Source: Gemmatimonadota bacterium (lineage in GTDB: Bacteria; Gemmatimonadota; Gemmatimonadetes; Palauibacterales; Palauibacteraceae). Taken from it: DNA of 64,000 nucleotides. Location: assembly GCA_965116475.1 (NCBI GenBank), contig OZ220691.1:608001-672000 (forward strand). Reading direction: 5' to 3'. Below are positions 58,448-64,000 of this stretch, one piece after another; within the stretch, counting starts at the first letter, position 1, and the number at the start of each line of letters is the position of its first letter. The notes beneath the pieces are model-generated. The model was not told the origin of the DNA, made no database searches, and was given only the letters and a program-made list of their open reading frames with translations. The position numbers and the translations under genes are program-made.

Positions 58448-61267
58448 ATGTCACGCGGAATTCGTCTGAAGGCGCTCTGCGCCGCGCTCTTCATCCTCTC
58501 CGCCACCCATCTGGCCGCACAGGAGAGTGCGACCGTTACGGGCCGGGTGACCGATGACCTGGGGGCCGGCGTCGCCGGTGCCGCGGTGGTGGTTACGCAC
58601 GATTTGACCGGGGTCCAGGCGGGCGCGCTGTCCGGGAGCGACGGCGCGTACCAGGTGGAGGGCGTTCGTCCCGGCGGGCCGTACACCGTCTCGGTGACCC
58701 TGATCGGATACGGACGCGAATCCGAGACCGAAGTCTCGCTGGAGGCCGGCCAGTCGCTGGCGCTGAACTTCAGCCTGAGCCAGGAGGCGATCGCCCTCGA
58801 TGCCCTCGAGGTCTTCGCCACCCGGGCACAGGACCGGCAGACGCCGGTGGCGTTCACCAACGTGAGCAAGACGCAGATCCAGAACCAGCTGGGCTCGAGG
58901 GATCTTCCGCTGGTGCTGAACGTGACGCCGAGCGTCTACGCGACCCAGCAGGGGGGCGGCGCCGGCGACGCGCGCATCAACGTGCGCGGCTTCAACCAGC
59001 GCAACACCGCCGTGATGATCAACGGCGTGCCCGTCAACGACATGGAGAACGGGTGGGTCTACTGGTCCAACTGGGACGGCCTGGGCGATGCCGCAACCAG
59101 CATCCAGCTCCAGCGCGGCCTTTCGGCGGTCAACCTGGCCACGCCGTCGATCGGTGGCACGATCAACGTCATCACGGATCCCGCGGCCGAGGGTGCGGGT
59201 CTCACGTACAAGCAGGAGTTCGGGCTCGGCAGCCTGAACGAGGACGGCGGCTGGGGGCTCGGCGGCAACATGCTGAAGGAGACCGTGGTCGTGAACACGG
59301 GTCCCATGGGAGCGTTCGCCGCCACGGGTTCCGTCGTGCGCAAGACCGGCGGCGGCATGTACAGGGGCTTCGTGGGCGGCGACGCCACGTGGACCGACGC
59401 CTGGGCCTACTACCTGGCCACGTCGTTCCAGGTGAACGCCAACAACCGGCTCGAGGCCTACGCGGTCGGCGCGCCGCAGCGACACGGCCAGAACATCTAC
59501 AAGCTCAACCTGGCCAGCCTCGACGCGGACTACGCGCGCTCGCTCGACGGATTCGACGCCGGGGCGTTCGAAAAGTTCCCCGAGGTGGGCAGGGGCCGGA
59601 GCCCGAACGTGGCCCCGGTGAGCAGCAGCTATGGCGGAACCCAGTACAACAGCACGGGCCCGGACTCGGGACGGAGAGACCGCTTCGCCGAGGGCTTCAT
59701 CAACGAGCGCGAGAACTACTTCCACAAGCCGCAGGTCAACCTGAACTGGTACTCCTACTTCGGGGATGGACTGAGCCTGACCACCGTGGGGTATTTCTCC
59801 GGCGGCGCCGGAGGAGGTACGGGCACCCTCGGATCGCTGCGATGGAACTTCGATTACGGCCAGCGCATCCCGGATTGGGATGCCACCATCGCGAGGAATC
59901 GGGATGAAGCCGACGGATCCCGGGGGATCCTTCGCAACTCGGTGAACAACCAGTCGACCTGGGGCGCCATCTCCAAGCTGCGGAAGACCTTCGATGGGGG
60001 CCTGACCACCGAGGTCGGCGTCGACTGGCGCACGGCCAACATCGCGCACTACCGGGAGGTGCGCGACCTGCTGGGCGGCACCCATTACGAGTGTTCCAGC
60101 AGAAACCGATGCACCCCCTCCGACTTCTGGACGGAGGCCGAGCACAACCGCAACCTCGGCGACAAGATCCACTATCACAACGAGAACACGGTGAACTGGC
60201 TGGGCGCCTACGCACAGGCCGAGAAGACCTCCCGCGGGGGGTCACTCTACGGCATGCTCGGATGGGCCCAGAACTCCTACACCTTCGTGGACTTCTTCAA
60301 GTCCGACCCCACCGGATCGGGCCGCTACCTCGAACTCGAGAGCGGTAACCTCTCCGGCTACCAGATCAAGGGTGGCGCGGTTCGCAATCTCAGCGACGAG
60401 TGGTCCGTGTTCGGGAACGCGGGCATCGTTTCCAAGGTGCCCATCTTCGACGGCGTGATCGACGACAACAACGGCACGCTGCACGACGATCCTCAGAACG
60501 AGGATTTCCTCTCGTTCGAAGTGGGAACACAGTTTCGTTCCGCCACCCGGGCGGTCTCGCTGAACGTGAACCTCTACCACACCACCTGGAGGAATCGGAC
60601 GGAGAGGGGCTTCGTCCGCGACCTCGGCGGCGTCGAGGGCGTGGATGGGCTGGTCACCCTGCTGGGAGTGGACGCGCGGCACATGGGCATGGAAGCCGAG
60701 GCGGCCTGGCAGCCGAGCAACTTCCTGCGCTTCGATGGCGCGCTCTCGGTCGGCAACTGGACGTATCTGGAGGACGCGACCGGTTTCTACCGCGCCGACG
60801 ACCGAACCACCGAGTCGGTGTTCGTCGACTTCTACATCGAAGGTCTCAAGGTGGCCGATGCGCCTCAGCGGCAGCTGGCCCTCAGCGCGTCGGTCTATCC
60901 GTCGGACGGGGCCCACGTGTCGCTCGTGGGCAAGTTCTTCGGCAACCACTACGCGGCGTTCGATCACCTGAACCGCAGCAATCCGGGCGAGCGGGGCATC
61001 CAGTCCTGGCAGCCCCCGGGTTATTCGGTCCTCGACCTGCACCTCTCGTATGCGCTGGGCGACATCATCCCGGTGGCCGGCGGGGCTGGCGTGCGCATCT
61101 TCGCCAACGTGTACAACCTCCTGGACGCGACCTACATCCAGGACGCCACCGACGCGTCCCGGTTCAACAGCTACTTCGAGGACGGCGACGTTCACGATGC
61201 GGACTCCGCCGAAGTGTTCCTCGGCTATCCGCGCAACCTGAACGTGGGGTTCCAGGTCACCTTCTAG
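58448..61267 (+). CDS. TonB-dependent receptor with N-terminal carboxypeptidase-regulatory-like domain
   Basis: Signal peptide, VTGRVTD..G..V.GA.V, plug INVRGF...VMINGVP..D, GGTINVIT, C-terminal VYNLLD..Y...PRN..VG...F. Confidence 0.92.
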   Translation: MSRGIRLKALCAALFILSATHLAAQESATVTGRVTDDLGAGVAGAAVVVTHDLTGVQAGALSGSDGAYQVEGVRPGGPYTVSVTLIGYGRESETEVSLEAGQSLALNFSLSQEAIALDALEVFATRAQDRQTPVAFTNVSKTQIQNQLGSRDLPLVLNVTPSVYATQQGGGAGDARINVRGFNQRNTAVMINGVPVNDMENGWVYWSNWDGLGDAATSIQLQRGLSAVNLATPSIGGTINVITDPAAEGAGLTYKQEFGLGSLNEDGGWGLGGNMLKETVVVNTGPMGAFAATGSVVRKTGGGMYRGFVGGDATWTDAWAYYLATSFQVNANNRLEAYAVGAPQRHGQNIYKLNLASLDADYARSLDGFDAGAFEKFPEVGRGRSPNVAPVSSSYGGTQYNSTGPDSGRRDRFAEGFINERENYFHKPQVNLNWYSYFGDGLSLTTVGYFSGGAGGGTGTLGSLRWNFDYGQRIPDWDATIARNRDEADGSRGILRNSVNNQSTWGAISKLRKTFDGGLTTEVGVDWRTANIAHYREVRDLLGGTHYECSSRNRCTPSDFWTEAEHNRNLGDKIHYHNENTVNWLGAYAQAEKTSRGGSLYGMLGWAQNSYTFVDFFKSDPTGSGRYLELESGNLSGYQIKGGAVRNLSDEWSVFGNAGIVSKVPIFDGVIDDNNGTLHDDPQNEDFLSFEVGTQFRSATRAVSLNVNLYHTTWRNRTERGFVRDLGGVEGVDGLVTLLGVDARHMGMEAEAAWQPSNFLRFDGALSVGNWTYLEDATGFYRADDRTTESVFVDFYIEGLKVADAPQRQLALSASVYPSDGAHVSLVGKFFGNHYAAFDHLNRSNPGERGIQSWQPPGYSVLDLHLSYALGDIIPVAGGAGVRIFANVYNLLDATYIQDATDASRFNSYFEDGDVHDADSAEVFLGYPRNLNVGFQVTF

Positions 61268-61287
61268 CGGAGGCGATCCGGAACTTC

Positions 61288-61313
61288 AACGCAGGAAGCA
61301 AACGCAGGAAGCA
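61288..61313. repeat. Perfect 13-bp tandem duplication AACGCAGGAAGCA x2
   Basis: Read directly from the sequence. Confidence 0.85.
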
Positions 61314-61315
61314 AT

Positions 61316-61349
61316 ATCGGCCCCGTCGGCAGCTGCCGGCGGGGCCGAT
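61316..61349. terminator. GC-rich hairpin between convergent TonB receptor and fbp (probable bidirectional terminator)
   Basis: ATCGGCCCCGTCGGCAG/CTGCCGGCGGGGCCGAT near-perfect inverted repeat. Confidence 0.65.
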
Positions 61350-61360
61350 CCCCATCGGGG

Positions 61361-62362
61361 TCAGTCCTCGGCCAGGTAGCGGCCCGCCAGCTCCACGAGG
61401 TCGGGGGTGCCGAGGAAGGTCGGCACGCGGTGGTGCAGCCCCTCGGGCTCGATGTCGAGGATGCGCCGCCGACCATCGGTGGCCCGGCCGCCCGCCTGCT
61501 CGCAGAGCATGGCCATGGGGGCCACCTCGTACAGCAGGCGCAGTTTCCCCTCCGGTTTCGCGACGGTCCCCGGGTACATGAAGATCCCCCCGCGGAGGAG
61601 CGTGCGGTGGAAGTCCGCGACCATGGACCCGACGTAGCGCGCGGAGAACGACGGCGCCTCGGGGGGAGGCTGCCGGAGCCGCTCAACGAGCCGCTGCTGA
61701 CCCGGCGTCCACTTGTCGAAGTAGGCCTCGTTGATGCTGTAGATGTTCTTGCCGGGCGAGGGGATGCGCAGGTTCCGGTACGAGAGGAGGAACTCCCCGA
61801 TCCCCGGGTCGAGCGTGAAGCCGTGGACGCCCGCCCCGGTCGTGAAGACGAGCATGGTGGAGGAGCCGTACAGGACGTATCCGGCCGCGACCTGCTCGGA
61901 TCCCGGCTGCAGCAGGTCGCGCCGCCGCACCTTGCGTCCGTCGCTCCGCTTGCGGTAGACGGAGAAGATGGTCCCCACGGAGATGTTCACGTCGATGTTC
62001 GAACTCCCGTCGAGCGGGTCGAACGCGATGATGTACGGGCCGGGGTCGCGCGACTCGGGAACGTGAACGAACCCCTCCTCTTCCTCGGACACCATGCCGC
62101 TCAGGCTGCCGCAGCGCCTCAGCAGGTTCAGGAGGACATCGTTCGCGTATTCGTCGAGCTTCTGCACTTCCTCGTCGTGCACGTTCGTGCTTCCGATGGC
62201 GCCGAGAATGTCGATGAGGCCGGCGCGATTCACCGCGGCGGAGATGACCTTCGCGGCGAGGCTGATCTGGAGCAGGATGTCGGTGAGGGCGCCCGTGGCC
62301 TTGGGGTATTCGCGCTCCTGCTCGGCGATGAAGTGCTCTACGGTGACGATGGATCCGGTCAA
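61361..62362 (-). CDS. fbp: Class 1 fructose-1,6-bisphosphatase
   Basis: QKLD..AN, SEE, FDPLDGSSN, GYVLYG, RYVGSMVADFHR, GKLRLLYE. Confidence 0.95.
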   Translation of the reverse strand: MTGSIVTVEHFIAEQEREYPKATGALTDILLQISLAAKVISAAVNRAGLIDILGAIGSTNVHDEEVQKLDEYANDVLLNLLRRCGSLSGMVSEEEEGFVHVPESRDPGPYIIAFDPLDGSSNIDVNISVGTIFSVYRKRSDGRKVRRRDLLQPGSEQVAAGYVLYGSSTMLVFTTGAGVHGFTLDPGIGEFLLSYRNLRIPSPGKNIYSINEAYFDKWTPGQQRLVERLRQPPPEAPSFSARYVGSMVADFHRTLLRGGIFMYPGTVAKPEGKLRLLYEVAPMAMLCEQAGGRATDGRRRILDIEPEGLHHRVPTFLGTPDLVELAGRYLAED

Positions 62363-62424
62363 GATGGCTCCGCGGAAGTCGGGGGTGGGTGGGCTGAGAG
62401 GTTACCGGGGGGCGGTTTTTCGCG

Positions 62425-63999
62425 TCAAGGCGCGTCCGCGATCCTCCAGCCGCGCGCGTCGACTTCGATGCACAGGGGGCCGTCCAGATCCGTCCGCCAC
62501 ACCCGCGCCACCCGGGCCGAGTCGAGTCGCGCGAGCGTCACGGCGTGCGGGTGCCCGTACCGGTTCCCGCGCCCCGCCGAGATCACGGCGATGTCCGGCC
62601 GCGTCGCCTCCAGCCACGCGACGGAACTGGAGGTCCGGCTGCCGTGGTGGCCGAGCTTGAGGAGATCCGCTTCGGGCCGGCGCGGCGCGAGGTGCTCCAG
62701 GATGTCGCGTTCGACATCGATGCCGGCGTCACCCGTGTTCACGTAGCGGAAGCCACCGACCGTGAGGCGGAAGGAGAGGGAACCCTCGTTCGCGTCCGAG
62801 CCGGCCGGGCCATCGGGCCAGAGGATCTCGAGTTCGACGTCATCGATGCGGAGGCGGTCTCCGGCGCGGGGCGCGTGCCAGGAGGCGCCCTCCACTTGAA
62901 GCCGTTCCAGGAAGGCAAGGTAGGAGGCGCTGGGCTCCGGGACGCCGGGATCGAACACGCGGCGGACCCGGAGGGCCTCGAACACCGCCGCCGTGCCGCC
63001 GTAGTGGTCGAGGTGGGGATGGGAGATGGCAAGCAGCTCCACGGTCCGGGCGCCCCTTCCGCGCAGGAAGGGCACGACGACGCGGCTTCCCGCGTCGGCC
63101 ATCGGCGGGCCGGATGCCGTGCCGGCCGCCGCGAAGGACGAGCCCGGTCCGGCGTCGAAGACGAGCCATCGGCCGGCGCCGGTCCGCACGACGGCGGCGT
63201 CGCCCTGCCCCACGGCGAGGGTGCAGACGAGCGCCGTGCCCCGGTCGAGGCCGGCCCGGACGAGGGGCCAGGCGACGGTGAGTGCGAGCACGGCGCCGAC
63301 CGAGAGGAGGCCGAGCCCGCGCCGCGCGCGCGTCCGATCGAGGGCGAGAGCGCCGAGCGCGGCCGCGACCGCCCACGCGCGGGGGCCGAGTCCGGGGCCC
63401 GTCCAGCTCAGCGGGAGCCCCGCGAAGAAGGCCGCGATCGCCGCGAGGCAGGCAAGCGCCGTATCGGCGGCGCCGGCGAACAGCATCCAGAGATCCCACG
63501 GCAGGATCAGCGTGAGCGCGAGGGCGGGAAGCGCGAGACTCACGACCCCGCCCGCCACCACGCTGGCCGGGATCGAGGCGATGACGATGCGGTCGAAGTG
63601 GAAGGCCGCGATGGGCGCGGTGACGAGGAACGCGCCGCAACTCACGGCGAGCGCCCGCGCGATCCCGCGCAGGCGTCGGGACGAGAGCGGGCGCGGCAAC
63701 GGGAGGCGGCCCCCCAGCACGACGCCCGTGAACCCGGCGAACGACAGCTGAAAGCCGACGTTTGTCACGATGAGCGGGTCGGCCAGGATGGCGAGGATCG
63801 CCGCCAGCGCCGCCAGGTCGCCGACGCGGGCGGGGCGGGCCCGGCGGAACGCGAGCGCCCAGCCCCAGAACATCAGCGCCGCCCGCACGGCCGAAGGGGG
63901 CGCACCGATGAGGCACACGTACGCGCTCGTACAGCCGGCGGCGTAGAGCAGCCGCCGCGGCCCGCGCACGCGAAGGCCGATGAGCCAGGAGAGCGAGGC
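62425..63999 (-). CDS. comEC: ComEC/Rec2 competence protein (5'-partial)
   Basis: PSAVRA, GFQLSF, VGQGDA, SHPHLDHYGG, KLGHHGS, SAG..NRYGHPH, RTD..G. Frame is open to the window edge. Confidence 0.9.
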   Translation of the reverse strand, partial: ASLSWLIGLRVRGPRRLLYAAGCTSAYVCLIGAPPSAVRAALMFWGWALAFRRARPARVGDLAALAAILAILADPLIVTNVGFQLSFAGFTGVVLGGRLPLPRPLSSRRLRGIARALAVSCGAFLVTAPIAAFHFDRIVIASIPASVVAGGVVSLALPALALTLILPWDLWMLFAGAADTALACLAAIAAFFAGLPLSWTGPGLGPRAWAVAAALGALALDRTRARRGLGLLSVGAVLALTVAWPLVRAGLDRGTALVCTLAVGQGDAAVVRTGAGRWLVFDAGPGSSFAAAGTASGPPMADAGSRVVVPFLRGRGARTVELLAISHPHLDHYGGTAAVFEALRVRRVFDPGVPEPSASYLAFLERLQVEGASWHAPRAGDRLRIDDVELEILWPDGPAGSDANEGSLSFRLTVGGFRYVNTGDAGIDVERDILEHLAPRRPEADLLKLGHHGSRTSSSVAWLEATRPDIAVISAGRGNRYGHPHAVTLARLDSARVARVWRTDLDGPLCIEVDARGWRIADAP

Positions 64000-64000
64000 C

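Overview
This is a high-GC bacterial chromosomal window. The gene content and style suggest Gemmatimonadota, possibly a Palauibacter-like marine or sponge lineage; that assignment is inference. It holds about 49 genes, mostly housekeeping: aspS-phoH-(7TM-HD)-ybeY-mgtE-meaB, rlmN, a split trp cluster (trpD | lexA | trpC-F-B, with trpA about 13 kb away), truA, an HtrA protease, purB-C-S-Q-L-F with a 5'-nucleotidase, fbp and a partial comEC. Interleaved envelope and catabolic genes include three beta-propeller/amidohydrolase paralogs, two tandem outer-membrane beta-barrels, an S9 peptidase, a choice-of-anchor-B protein, an acyl-CoA oxidase and a TonB-dependent receptor. I found no rRNA, tRNA, CRISPR array or transposase. 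The ORF track misses or does not explain several signals: (1) a split AhpD/CMD gene that reads through an in-frame TGA as a CxxU selenoprotein with a SECIS-like hairpin; (2) a voltage-gated channel whose TVGYGD filter is replaced by TGQQGD; (3) four helically phased TTCGG repeats across the lexA promoter, a candidate SOS box; (4) a perfect parS-like palindrome present twice; (5) a multi-stem element downstream of lexA; (6) a B12 acyl-CoA mutase with isobutyryl-CoA-mutase-type specificity residues; and (7) frequent 8-14 bp tandem micro-duplications at ribosome-binding sites and gene ends.
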